A DNA stretch of 64,000 nt, from contig CAVTZF010000021.1 in NCBI GenBank assembly GCA_963739095.1, positions 87,842 to 151,841 on the forward strand. The letters run 5' to 3'. The DNA is from an uncultured Thermoleophilaceae bacterium (GTDB taxonomy: Bacteria; Actinomycetota; Thermoleophilia; Solirubrobacterales; Thermoleophilaceae). The notes beneath the pieces are model-generated. The model was not told the origin of the DNA, searched no databases, and was given only the letters and a program-made list of their open reading frames with translations. Below, in pieces: positions 47,043 through 56,360 of this stretch. How positions within the stretch are numbered: the stretch's first letter is position 1; every line of letters starts with the position of its first letter. The position numbers were made by a program, and so were the translations under genes.

Positions 47043-48719
47043 TTGGCTCGCCGGTCCCTTCTGATCGTCGCCCTCATGCTGGCGGCTGCGCCGCCCGCCT
47101 CGGCTGCCGACCCGATTCTTCCGCTCGGGGAGGTGCGCCCGGGCATGTCCTGCACGGGCCTCTCCGTGATCCGCGGCACCGCGATCTCGTCGTTCGACGT
47201 CGAGATCATCGACGTGATCGCCGCCGAGTCCGGGCTGAGCGGCCCGCGCATCCTCGTGCGCGTGTCGGGCCCCGCCGTCGACGCGACCGGCGTCGGCCCG
47301 GGCTTCTCGGGCTCGCCGATCCTCTGCGACGGGCGCAACGCGGGCGCGATCTCCGAGGCCATCGGCGACTACGGCAACCACGTCGTGCTCGCAACGCCGA
47401 TCGAGGAGATGCTGCGCGCGCAGCCGCGCGCGCCGGTCTCCGCCCGCCGCGACCCGGCGCTCCTGCGCGCGGCGCGGCCGCTCGCGGCGCCGCTCACGGT
47501 CTCGGGCCTGTCGGGTCGCGGCCTGAGTCTCTTCGAGCGCGCCGCCCGGCGCGCCGGACGTCCCGTACTCGCAGCGCCCCCCGGTCCGCTGGGCGGCTTC
47601 GCCCCCGCGCCGCTCGTGCCCGGCGCCGCGGCGGCCGCGTCGATCTCGACGGGCGACCTCGCGATCGGCGCCGTCGGGACGGTCACCTACCGCGACGGCG
47701 ACCGCCTCTGGGCCTTCGGCCACGCCCTCGACGGTGGCGGCCGGCGCTCGCTCTTCCTGACCGATGCATACGTCTTCAGCGTCATACAGAACCCGCTCGG
47801 CATCGCCGAGGGTGCGATCACCTACAAGCTCGCCTCCTCGGGCGGCCACGTGCAGGGCGCGATCACGAGCGACGGTTTCGCGGCGATCGCCGGCAGCGTC
47901 GGCGCCCCGCCCGCCTCGATCCCGCTGCAGGTGACGGCCCGCGACGGCGGCGGCCGGCGCGTGACGCTCAACTCCGAGCTCGCCGACGAGCGCGCGCTGC
48001 GGCTCGGCGCCGGCATCACGTTCGTGGCCCCGCTCGGCCTCACCCAGGCAGTCGACAGCCTGCTCGGCGAGGGCGGACCGACGCGGCTGTCCGTCTGCGC
48101 CCGCTTCCACGTGCGCGAGCGGCGCCGGCCGATCGGCTACTGCAACCCCTACTTCGGGGTCGATGCCGCCCTGCTCGACCTCACCTCGGCCGCCGGCCTG
48201 GTCGACTCCTATGACCTGAGCCCGCTGCACATCGAGCGCGTGCAGGTAGGCGTGCGCGCCCGGCCCGGCATCAAGAGCGACGTCATCGTTGGGGGCCGCG
48301 CTCCACGCCGCGTCCGCCGCGGCGAGCGCATCAAGGTGCGGCTCGCGCTCCAGCGCCGCAACGGCGGGCGCCGCACGCTGAGCGTGCCGGTCAGGGTGCC
48401 GGGCGACCTGCGTCCGGGCGTACGCACGCTGGTCGTGTCCGGCAACGGCGGCGTGCCCTCGCTCGAGGACGAGCTGATCTCGGCGCTGTTCGACGTGCTG
48501 GTGATCGACTTCGGCGACGAGGGTGGAGCGGGTGAGCCGCACAGCCTCCGCGAGCTGGCCGCGGCTGTGCGCGACCTGCGCAATCCGCTCGGCATCAATG
48601 CGCGCCTCAAGGGACGAGAGCCGCAGCTGGTTCACCGCTCGGACGAGCTCAGCTTCGAGGGCCGCGTGCGGCTCAGCCTGAAGGTGCTGCCGGCCCGCCC
48701 GGCCCGCCGCTCCCGCTGA
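47043..48719 (+). CDS. Secreted peptidase S55 (SpoIVB)-like serine protease domain protein (tentative)
   Basis: The TTG at 47043 gives the signal peptide MARRSLLIVALMLAAAPPASA|ADP. GFSGSPILCDGRNAGAIS resembles the S55 serine motif. Confidence 0.55.
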   Translation: MARRSLLIVALMLAAAPPASAADPILPLGEVRPGMSCTGLSVIRGTAISSFDVEIIDVIAAESGLSGPRILVRVSGPAVDATGVGPGFSGSPILCDGRNAGAISEAIGDYGNHVVLATPIEEMLRAQPRAPVSARRDPALLRAARPLAAPLTVSGLSGRGLSLFERAARRAGRPVLAAPPGPLGGFAPAPLVPGAAAAASISTGDLAIGAVGTVTYRDGDRLWAFGHALDGGGRRSLFLTDAYVFSVIQNPLGIAEGAITYKLASSGGHVQGAITSDGFAAIAGSVGAPPASIPLQVTARDGGGRRVTLNSELADERALRLGAGITFVAPLGLTQAVDSLLGEGGPTRLSVCARFHVRERRRPIGYCNPYFGVDAALLDLTSAAGLVDSYDLSPLHIERVQVGVRARPGIKSDVIVGGRAPRRVRRGERIKVRLALQRRNGGRRTLSVPVRVPGDLRPGVRTLVVSGNGGVPSLEDELISALFDVLVIDFGDEGGAGEPHSLRELAAAVRDLRNPLGINARLKGREPQLVHRSDELSFEGRVRLSLKVLPARPARRSR

Positions 48720-49884
48720 TCGCCGGCTCGGCGCCGTTGGCCGCGGCGGCCGTGTCGTCGCCGCCCGCCTCGAGGTTGTCGCCGAAAACCGACTCCACCG
48801 ACGTGTGGCGCTGTCCGTCGGAGGAGACGAGCAGCTTGAAGTCGTGGGGATGCGTGGCGGCCTTGAGCGCGTCGTCCATCGAGACGCGCCCCGCCTGCAC
48901 GTGGTAGAGCAGCGCCTGATCGAAGGTCTGCATGCCGTAGTAGGCCCCCTCGGCGACCACCTCGGGCAGGCGCCCGGTCTCGCTCGGTTCCATGATCATG
49001 TCGCGGACGCGACCGGTCATGCGCAGGATCTCGCAGGTCGCGACGCGCCCGTTGCGGTCGGGCGTGCGCACGAGCCGCTGCGAGATCACGGCCTTGAGCG
49101 TGCCGGCCAGCATCGCGCGCGCCTGGCGCTGCTCGGCCTGCGGGAAGAAGTCGATGATGCGGTTGACCGACTCGGTGGCGTCGACGGTGTGGATCGTCGA
49201 CAGCACGAGGTGGCCCGTCTCGGCCGCTGACAGTGCCGTTCGCACCGTCTCCTCGTCGCGCATCTCGCCGACGAGGATCACGTCCGGGTCCTGACGCAGG
49301 ACGCGCCGCAGGGCGCGCGCGAACGAGGCGGTGTCCTCGCCGACCTCGCGCTGGTTGATGATCGACTGCTTGTCGCGGTGGAGGAACTCGACCGGGTCCT
49401 CGATCGTGACGATGTGCTTCGCATACTTCTCGTTGATGTGGTCGATCATCGACGCGAGCGTCGTCGACTTACCGGAGCCGGTGGTGCCGGTGAGCAGGAT
49501 CAGGCCGCGCTCCTCGTCGGCGATCTCGGAGATCACGGGCGGCAGCAGCAGCTCGGCGACCGACTTGACCTGGAACGGAATCGCGCGCGAGACGAGCGAG
49601 ACCGAGCCGCGCTGCACGAATGCGTTGACGCGGAAGCGCGCGACACCCGGGATCGAATACGAGAAGTCGACCTCGCGCTCGTTGCGGAAGGCCTCCAGCT
49701 TCGACTCGTCGGTGAGCATGTGGAAGAGCGTGCCCTCGGTGTCCTCGGGCCGCAGCGGCTCGGAGCCCTCGATCGGCTCGAGCTTTCCATGGCGACGGAT
49801 GACGGGGCGCGAGGGAACCTTGAGATGGAGGTCGGAGCCCTCCATCTCGATCACCCGCATCAGGGCGGCGTCGATGTCGAACAT
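48673..49884 (-). CDS. pilT: Type IV pilus retraction ATPase PilT family
   Basis: Walker A GTTGSGKSTT, IVTIEDPVEF, Walker B/Asp box DPDVILVGEMRD, His box GHLVLSTIHT. Confidence 0.9.
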   Translation of the reverse strand: MFDIDAALMRVIEMEGSDLHLKVPSRPVIRRHGKLEPIEGSEPLRPEDTEGTLFHMLTDESKLEAFRNEREVDFSYSIPGVARFRVNAFVQRGSVSLVSRAIPFQVKSVAELLLPPVISEIADEERGLILLTGTTGSGKSTTLASMIDHINEKYAKHIVTIEDPVEFLHRDKQSIINQREVGEDTASFARALRRVLRQDPDVILVGEMRDEETVRTALSAAETGHLVLSTIHTVDATESVNRIIDFFPQAEQRQARAMLAGTLKAVISQRLVRTPDRNGRVATCEILRMTGRVRDMIMEPSETGRLPEVVAEGAYYGMQTFDQALLYHVQAGRVSMDDALKAATHPHDFKLLVSSDGQRHTSVESVFGDNLEAGGDDTAAAANGAEPAISGSGGPGGPAAPSG

Positions 49885-49949
49885 AGAGTTCGCATCGGCA
49901 GGCGCGCGCCGCGCTTGAGGCGTGACCGGGCGGGCTGGACGCTGCTAGC

Positions 49950-50369
49950 TCAGGCGACCGACGCGCAGCGGACGATCCTGCGAACCGGGAAGCCGTCGCT
50001 CCACGGCTCCGCCGGGCCGTAGGCCGCGGCCTGCATCCACAGGCGGTCGGACAGCTCGGCGCCGCGCAAGAGCGTGCGGATGTAGCCGTTCTCGCGGTTG
50101 TTCGACGTGCGCTCCGCGACCAGGTTCCGGTTGCTGCCGCGGGCGAGGGCCGCGTACACGCCGATGTCGCTTTCCATGCGCTTGTTGTTGAAGCGGGTCG
50201 CGGTCTTGATGCGCCAGTCGTCCTTCGCCTTGACCTTGCACGCGTAGTGGCGGTACCCGTCCGAGTTGACCAGCGTCCAGTCGCCGGGGGGCGCCTGGGC
50301 GCCGGCGGGCGCGGCGCTCGCGGCAAGCGTCGCGAGTGCGACGGTCAGGGCCAGCGAGACCCGCCTCAC
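49950..50369 (-). CDS. Small secreted protein (139 aa), translationally coupled to the sigma-factor gene
   Basis: The GTG at 50369 overlaps the sigma stop (GTGA). Signal peptide [24 protein letters not shown]|QAP. Strong G/C third-position bias. Two Cys residues. Confidence 0.6.
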   Translation of the reverse strand: MRRVSLALTVALATLAASAAPAGAQAPPGDWTLVNSDGYRHYACKVKAKDDWRIKTATRFNNKRMESDIGVYAALARGSNRNLVAERTSNNRENGYIRTLLRGAELSDRLWMQAAAYGPAEPWSDGFPVRRIVRCASVA

Positions 50370-51460
50370 GCGACGTCGCGGAGCTTCTGCGCCTCGGCCA
50401 GCGACTGAAGCTTCTTGAGCGACTGATTCTCGATCTGGCGGATGCGCTCGCGCGTGACGTTGAAGGTCCGGCCGACCTCGTCGAGCGTGCGCGGGTGCTC
50501 GCCGCCGAGGCCGTAGCGCAGCTCGAGCACGCGGCGCTCGCGGTAGGAGAGGTTCTCGAGCGCCTCGCGGAGCGCCTCCTTGGTCAGGATCTCGGCGGCG
50601 CGCTCGTAGGGGGACTCGGCCCGCTCGTCGGCGATGAACTGGCCGAACTCGGACTCCTCCTCGTCGCCGACCGGCTTCTCCAGCGACACGGGCGCCTGCG
50701 CGGAGCGCTTGATCGACTCGACCTCCTCCGGCTCGATGCCGGTGTGGTCGGCGATCTCCTCGGGGGTCGGCTCGCGGCCGAGCTCCGTCACGAGCTTGCG
50801 CTCGGCGCGGCCGATCTTGTTGAGCTTCTCGACCACGTGCACGGGGATCCGGATCGTGCGCGCCTTGTCCGCGAGCGCGCGGGCGATCGCCTGCCGGATC
50901 CACCAGGTCGCGTAGGTCGAGAACTTGAAGCCCTTGCGGTAGTCGAACTTCTCGGCCGCGCGCACGAGCCCGAGCGTGCCCTCCTGGATCAGGTCGAGGA
51001 AGGGCAGGCCCTGGTTGCGGTAGTTCTTCGCGATCGAGACGACGAGCCGCAGGTTCGACTCGACCATCTTCTGCTTCGCGTCGAGGTCTCCGCGCTCGAT
51101 GCGCTTCGCGAGATCGACCTCCTCCTGCGCCGTCAGCAGCCGAACCTTGCCGATGTCCTTCAGGAAAAGCTGAAGGGAATCGGTCGTCATGTCGGGCTTC
51201 AGATCGATGGTCGCCTTCTTGCGGCGCGACCTGCGGTCGACAGCCCGCTCGACCTGCGGCTCCGAATGCGTCGGGTCGTCCTCGACCAGCTCGATCTCGG
51301 ACTTCTCGAAGTAGCCGTGCAGCTCTTCGATATCTCCCTCGTCGAGCTCGACCTCGGCGAGCGCCACCGCCACCTCGGCGTAGGTCAGCACTCCGGTCGC
51401 AGTGCCCTTGGCGACGAGGAGCTTGACCTCCTCGAGCTCTTGCAGTTCAGCTACTGACAT
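50366..51460 (-). CDS. rpoD: Group 1/2 sigma-70 family RNA polymerase sigma factor (principal-type)
   Basis: Regions 1.2-4: [91 protein letters not shown]. Confidence 0.85.
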   Translation of the reverse strand: MSVAELQELEEVKLLVAKGTATGVLTYAEVAVALAEVELDEGDIEELHGYFEKSEIELVEDDPTHSEPQVERAVDRRSRRKKATIDLKPDMTTDSLQLFLKDIGKVRLLTAQEEVDLAKRIERGDLDAKQKMVESNLRLVVSIAKNYRNQGLPFLDLIQEGTLGLVRAAEKFDYRKGFKFSTYATWWIRQAIARALADKARTIRIPVHVVEKLNKIGRAERKLVTELGREPTPEEIADHTGIEPEEVESIKRSAQAPVSLEKPVGDEEESEFGQFIADERAESPYERAAEILTKEALREALENLSYRERRVLELRYGLGGEHPRTLDEVGRTFNVTRERIRQIENQSLKKLQSLAEAQKLRDVA

Positions 51461-51525
51461 CCTCTTCCTTACTGCGCGCAGGACCCAGCGCGAGGGCGCT
51501 GGGCCCAGTCAATCAGACTATGTAC

Positions 51526-51553
51526 ACACTAACGCTGCAAATAGTGAAGTCAA
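51526..51553 (-). promoter_or_regulatory. Candidate sigma-factor gene promoter: TTGACT-N16-TAGTGT
   Basis: Minus-strand reading of 51548-51553 (TTGACT) and 51526-51531 (TAGTGT). It would give a ~58-nt 5' UTR containing the hairpin CCCAGCGC-gagg-GCGCTGGG (51484-51503) and SD AGGAAGAGG. Confidence 0.35.
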
Positions 51554-51694
51554 GCGGTCTGATGCGGAAACTCCGCCGATTAGCCAGTCAACCAACGGCC
51601 CCCTACGTTAGCCCGTCCGCCGCCGAATGACTCGCAATCGTTCAGTGCTTCGGAAGGGCTCTACCCGGAACGCCCGGGACTAGACTGCCCGCCC

Positions 51695-52030
51695 ATGGCT
51701 GAGGATCCCAAGACCCCCGAGGACCCAGGCGTCCTGGGCAGCCTCCCGCGCACGCGACCTGGGCGGCGCAGCGACAAGCGTTCGGCCGGCCGTCCCGCCG
51801 AGGCGGCGGGCGCGGCAGCTCGCAAGGCGGAGAGCGGCGACGCAGCGGCCGCGCGGTCCCCGCGGCCGAAGCGGCGGCCCGCCGCACCCGCTCCGGAGCC
51901 GGCGCCCGAGGCGCGGCGGCGCGGGCCGATCGATGACGCCGTGCACACCGCCGGCAGCATCGCGGGGGCCGGCGCGCGCATTGCGGAGGGCCTCGCGAAG
52001 GAAGTCCTGCGCCGTCTGCCCCGTCTCTGA
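51695..52030 (+). CDS. Small basic Pro/Ala/Arg-rich hypothetical protein
   Basis: Track ORF whose codon bias is compatible with coding. No family recognised. Confidence 0.4.
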   Translation: MAEDPKTPEDPGVLGSLPRTRPGRRSDKRSAGRPAEAAGAAARKAESGDAAAARSPRPKRRPAAPAPEPAPEARRRGPIDDAVHTAGSIAGAGARIAEGLAKEVLRRLPRL

Positions 52031-52108
52031 GACTGTGACCGCGCCGCCGGACTGCCATCCTCCGGGCAGGGGATACGACATCTGCTAAACGAGGTATGCT
52101 GGCTGGCG

Positions 52109-52738
52109 ATGGCGAACAACCCGAAGCGTGCCCCACACTGTCTCATCGTCGATGACCACCCGGTCGTCCGGGCGGGCGTTCGCGCGGTCCTCGAGCAGGC
52201 CTTCAGCGGCGCCCAGATCGCCGACGCGGAGTCGGTCGAGGAGCTCGGCGAGGCCACCGGCAGCGGCGCTCCCGACGTGGTGATCGTCGACCCCTGGCGC
52301 GCCGGGGTCGATGTCGGCGACGTGGTCCGCCGCCTGCAGTCCGAGCTCGACGCGCCGATCGTCGTGTTCACCTCCGACGGCGGCGCGCGCCTCCTGAGCG
52401 AAGCGCTCAAGGCCGGCGTCAAGGGCTACGTCCGCAAGGACTCGCCGTCCGAGGACCTGATCCGAGCGATCGACGCCGCGCGCGCGGGTGAGTTCTACGT
52501 CGACCCGGGCCTGTCCTCGACGATCGTCCTCGACGAGGGCGACCGCACGCTGAGCGCGCGCCAGCGCGAGATCCTGCAGATGCTGGCCGACGGGATGCAG
52601 ACCGATGCCGTCGCCGAGAAGCTCGGTCTGTCGACCGAGACGGTCCGCACCCATACGAAGCGGATACTGGCCAAGCTCGAGGCGTCCACGCGCACCCAGG
52701 CCGTAGCGATCGGGATCAGGCACGGCCTGATCGAGTGA
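52109..52738 (+). CDS. NarL/LuxR-family response regulator (REC + LuxR HTH)
   Basis: LIVDDHPVVRAG, VVIVDPW and C-terminal LSARQREILQMLADGMQTDAVAEKLGLSTETVRTHTKRILAKL. Confidence 0.85.
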   Translation: MANNPKRAPHCLIVDDHPVVRAGVRAVLEQAFSGAQIADAESVEELGEATGSGAPDVVIVDPWRAGVDVGDVVRRLQSELDAPIVVFTSDGGARLLSEALKAGVKGYVRKDSPSEDLIRAIDAARAGEFYVDPGLSSTIVLDEGDRTLSARQREILQMLADGMQTDAVAEKLGLSTETVRTHTKRILAKLEASTRTQAVAIGIRHGLIE

Positions 52739-53397
52739 CGAGGAGCGGCGCGCCGGCGCGCCTCGCGCGTCTCTCGGCCGTCGACGCGCTCGCCGAGGCG
52801 CTCCGCACACGCATCCTGGAGGGCGAGCTCGCGCCCGGCACGCCGCTGCGTGAGGAAGCGCTCGCCGGCGAGTACGACGTCGCGCGCCACACGCTGCGCT
52901 CGGCCCTGCGGGCGCTGCAGGGCGAGGGCATCGTCCAGATCCTCCCGAACCGCGGAGCACGCGTGACGAGCCTCTCGCAGGAGGACGTGCGCGGGCTCTC
53001 GGACCTGCGCGTGGCGCTCGAGGTCGAGGCTGCGCGCATGGCGCTCGCGCGCGGCGGCGGCCGCCTTCCGGCGAGCGTGCACGAGGCGGCCGAGCGGCTC
53101 GCCGCGCTCTGCCGCCGCCGGCGTCCGGCGTGGGGGCCGGTGGCGGGGGCGCACGAGGAGCTGCATCACGCGATCGTGCGCGCCGCCGACAGCCCGCGCA
53201 TGGAGGCGGTCCACCGCCAGGCCGGCGCCGAGCTGCGGCTGTTCGTGCTGCAGCTGCCCCCCTCGTGGACTTTCGAGCGCATAGCGGCCGACCACCTGGA
53301 GCTCGTACGGCAGCTCGAGGACGACGGGCCGGACGCGCTGCGCCCGCACATCGCGGAGTCGACGCGCGCGCTGCTCGAGGAGCGGGCCCAGCCCTAG
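52735..53397 (+). CDS. GntR-family regulator with FCD (FadR-like) C-terminal domain
   Basis: LREEALAGEYDVARHTLRSALRALQGEGIVQILPNRGARV (wHTH). GTGA overlap with the preceding gene. Confidence 0.8.
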   Translation: MTRSGAPARLARLSAVDALAEALRTRILEGELAPGTPLREEALAGEYDVARHTLRSALRALQGEGIVQILPNRGARVTSLSQEDVRGLSDLRVALEVEAARMALARGGGRLPASVHEAAERLAALCRRRRPAWGPVAGAHEELHHAIVRAADSPRMEAVHRQAGAELRLFVLQLPPSWTFERIAADHLELVRQLEDDGPDALRPHIAESTRALLEERAQP

Positions 53398-54380
53398 GTC
53401 TTCGCCTGCTCCGCGAGCGGGTCGCCGTTGACGGAGCCGAGCGCGACCATCTCGCCGGCGGCCTTGGCGACGTACATCGCGCGGTCGGCGGTCTCGACGA
53501 GCACGTCGGCCTCCTCGCCGTGCTCCGGACAGGCGGCCACACCAACGGAGATGCCGACCGGCCCGTCGCCGGGGCCGGCGACCTCGCTCGTGACGGCGGC
53601 CGCCAGGCGCTCCGCGAGCATGCCCGCCCCCTTCACGTCCTGTTCGGGCGCGAGCACGCAGAACTCGTCGCCGCCGAGCCGCGCGGCGACGTCCACCCCG
53701 CGGATCGCGCGACGCACGGACATCGCAACCTGCACGAGCACGCGATCGCCGGCCGGGTGGCCGTGGGCGTCGTTGATCCGCTTGAGCCCGTCGATGTCGA
53801 GCAGCAGCAGCGCGAACGGGTGCCGGTAGCGCTTGTAGAGCTCGACGAGCCGCGCGAGCTCGCGCTGTAGCGAGCGCAGGTTGCCGAGCCCCGTGAGCGG
53901 GTCGGTGTGCGCCTGCGACTCGAGCTCTCTGGCTCTGCTTCGCAGCAGCGCTTCGGCGGCGGCCGCCTGGACCGCGCCGGTGGCTTCGACGAGGTGCTCG
54001 ACGCCGTCGGCGAACGCCTCGGGGTCGCTGTCGGCGAGCTCGGCCCGAAGCGCCGCCACCAGCACGGCCTGCAGCGACGCGACGTCGCGCGCCACCTCGC
54101 CGGCGGCGCCCTCGCGCCCGCTCCCCCGCAGCCCGGCGAGCGAGGCGGCGCGGGCTGCCTGCGCCTCCGAGAGGTCGTACGGGTCGGCCCCGCTGCCCGC
54201 CTCGGAGGCCGCGCGCACGATGTCCGTGATCAGGGCGGGAAGCTCGCGCGCGATCTGCTCGGTCGGCAGCTCGCGGATCTCGTCCAGCGACGCGCGCTCG
54301 ATGAGACGCACGAGCCAGGTCTTGGCGAGCTCGTCCCGTGAGTGGTCGAGGCGCGCGAGCGGGCCCCGAAGGGGTGTCAT
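53394..54380 (-). CDS. GGDEF-domain diguanylate cyclase with an uncharacterised helical N-terminal domain
   Basis: DPLTGLGNLR, LLLDIDGLKRINDAHGHPAGD, and active site RLGGDEFCVL. Confidence 0.85.
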   Translation of the reverse strand: MTPLRGPLARLDHSRDELAKTWLVRLIERASLDEIRELPTEQIARELPALITDIVRAASEAGSGADPYDLSEAQAARAASLAGLRGSGREGAAGEVARDVASLQAVLVAALRAELADSDPEAFADGVEHLVEATGAVQAAAAEALLRSRARELESQAHTDPLTGLGNLRSLQRELARLVELYKRYRHPFALLLLDIDGLKRINDAHGHPAGDRVLVQVAMSVRRAIRGVDVAARLGGDEFCVLAPEQDVKGAGMLAERLAAAVTSEVAGPGDGPVGISVGVAACPEHGEEADVLVETADRAMYVAKAAGEMVALGSVNGDPLAEQAKT

Positions 54381-54444
54381 CAGGCGACCTTCAAGCTTTG
54401 CACCGGGCGTGCCCTGGCGGCTCGGACGATCCTACCCCCGACGG

Positions 54445-55671
54445 ATGACGGGTTCGGTGGGCCGGCCCGCCCGCGGTGCGAAGATCCCCGCCGTGCTGAT
54501 CTCTATCGAGGAGGGGCGCCGGCGGGTGCTCGAGGCCGTTCGCCCGCTCGCCGCCGAACGGGTCGCGCTCGGGGATGCGCGCGGGCGCGTGGTCGCCGAG
54601 GACGTCACGAGCGCCATCGACGTGCCGCCGTTCGACTCGTCGGCCATGGACGGGTACGCGCTCGTGGCGGGCCCGGAGCGGCGGCTCCAGCTCGCCGGCG
54701 AGTCGCGCGCGGGTCATCCGCATGAGGGCGAGCTCGAGGAGGGCACGGCCGTGCGCATCTCGACCGGCGCCGCGGTGCCGCGCGGGGCGACCGCCGTGAT
54801 CCCGGTGGAGCGCACCAGCGAGACGGACGGACGGGTGGAGGTCGAGGCGACCGCCGAGGGCGAGAACATCCGCCGCGCGGCCGAGGACATGCGCGCCGGC
54901 GAGGTCGTGCTGGCGCGCGGCACGCTCATTGGGCCGGCTGAGCTCGGCGTCGCCGCCTCGGTCGGCCGCGCCGAGCTCGAATGCGCGCGCCGGCCGCGCG
55001 TCGCGCTCCTCGTGACGGGAGACGAGCTCGTCCAGCCGGGCGACCCGCTCGGTCCCGGCCAGATCTACAGCTCGAACGGGTTCGCGCTCGCGGGCCAGAT
55101 CGCCGCCGCGGGCGCCGAGCTCGTCACGCGTACCACCGTCCCCGACACCGCCGAGGGAACGCACGCGGCGCTCGAACAGGCGCTGTCCGGCCCCGACGTC
55201 GTGATCGCCTCCGGCGGCGTGTCCGTGGGCCCGCACGACCACGTGAAGGGCGCTCTGCGCGAGCTCGGCGTCGACGAGCGCTTCTGGGGGGTCGCGCTGC
55301 GCCCCGGCAAGCCGACCTGGTTCGGAACCCGCGCGGACGTGCTGGCCTTCGGCCTGCCCGGCAACCCCGTGTCGGCGATGGTGACCTTCCAGCTGTTCGT
55401 GCGCCCCGCGCTCGCGGCGCTGCAGGGCGCCGATCCCACCGCCGCGCGCGCCAGCGCCACGCTCGACGAGGCGGTGGCGCGCAACCCGCGGCGCGAGGAG
55501 GCCGTGCGCGTGCGGCTGAGGCACGCCGACGACGGCCTGCACGCCGTCACCACCGGCGAGCAGGGCTCGCACATGCTCACCTCGATGCTGGGCGCGGACG
55601 GGCTCGCGCTCGTGGCGGCGGGCGACGGGGAGATCGCGGCGGGCGAACGCGTCGAGGTGCTGCTGCTGTGA
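54445..55671 (+). CDS. moeA: Molybdopterin molybdenumtransferase MoeA
   Basis: PPFDSSAMDGYAL, RISTGAAVPRGATAVIPVE, GQIYSSNG, ASGGVSVGPHDHV, GLPGNPVSAMV. The start is uncertain (ATG 54445 or GTG 54493). Confidence 0.85.
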   Translation: MTGSVGRPARGAKIPAVLISIEEGRRRVLEAVRPLAAERVALGDARGRVVAEDVTSAIDVPPFDSSAMDGYALVAGPERRLQLAGESRAGHPHEGELEEGTAVRISTGAAVPRGATAVIPVERTSETDGRVEVEATAEGENIRRAAEDMRAGEVVLARGTLIGPAELGVAASVGRAELECARRPRVALLVTGDELVQPGDPLGPGQIYSSNGFALAGQIAAAGAELVTRTTVPDTAEGTHAALEQALSGPDVVIASGGVSVGPHDHVKGALRELGVDERFWGVALRPGKPTWFGTRADVLAFGLPGNPVSAMVTFQLFVRPALAALQGADPTAARASATLDEAVARNPRREEAVRVRLRHADDGLHAVTTGEQGSHMLTSMLGADGLALVAAGDGEIAAGERVEVLLL

Positions 55672-56360
55672 GGCCGCGCGACCCGCGGAGACTGCTCCAG
55701 CGCCGCAGGGTCGCGCGGGCGCGCGTCAAGATCCTGCACGGCCCCGTGTCCGAGTACGCACCGGACGGCGCCATCGGCTCCAGGCAGGCCGCCGAGCTGA
55801 CGCTGCCGCGGGCGGAGCTCGAGCGGCTCTGGGCGCCGCAGAACCTCGAGCGGCTCGCGCGCACCTACTGGCGCTTTCTCACGCGTTTCTCGCTCGGAAT
55901 CCTGCGGGTCCTCTACAGCGAGAACTCGCGCGAGGTCGTCGTGCTGACCCGGCCGTTCGTGCTGCTGCGCTTCCGCAAGCCCGAGTACACCACGAACAGG
56001 AACTCCGGCGCCGTCAGTTGGCCGATCGACAGGGGCGTGCTGGTGGCGCCCGCCGGCCGCGACCGCGGCTACCTACGCCTGTCGGTGAGCCGCGAGCCCG
56101 AGGCGGACGGTGACGAGGTGGTGGTGACGGTCGGCTCCGAGGTCGTCAACTTCTACCCGCTGATCGCGGGCTGGGGCTGGTTCTCGCGGATCGGGCAGTT
56201 CATCTACAACCAGACCCAGCTGCGCATCCACGTGCTCGTGACGCACGCCTTCATGCGCTCGCTCGCGAACCTCGAGCTCGAGCCGTCGCTGGTGGGCTCG
56301 CTCAGCCCAGCCGAGCGCCGGTTATCTCGCGCAGCTTCGCCCGGTCGTGACGAGCCGTGA
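55668..56360 (+). CDS. Hypothetical protein (230 aa), coupled to moeA by a GTGA overlap
   Basis: In-frame segment of track ORF 54981..56360 with coding-like bias. No family recognised. Confidence 0.5.
   Translation: MRPRDPRRLLQRRRVARARVKILHGPVSEYAPDGAIGSRQAAELTLPRAELERLWAPQNLERLARTYWRFLTRFSLGILRVLYSENSREVVVLTRPFVLLRFRKPEYTTNRNSGAVSWPIDRGVLVAPAGRDRGYLRLSVSREPEADGDEVVVTVGSEVVNFYPLIAGWGWFSRIGQFIYNQTQLRIHVLVTHAFMRSLANLELEPSLVGSLSPAERRLSRAASPGRDEP

Noticed and set aside
54381-54444. Possible Moco riboswitch upstream of moeA
   Set aside because: The spacer is only 64 nt and I could not find the conserved Moco-motif helices. It is too short for that RNA.
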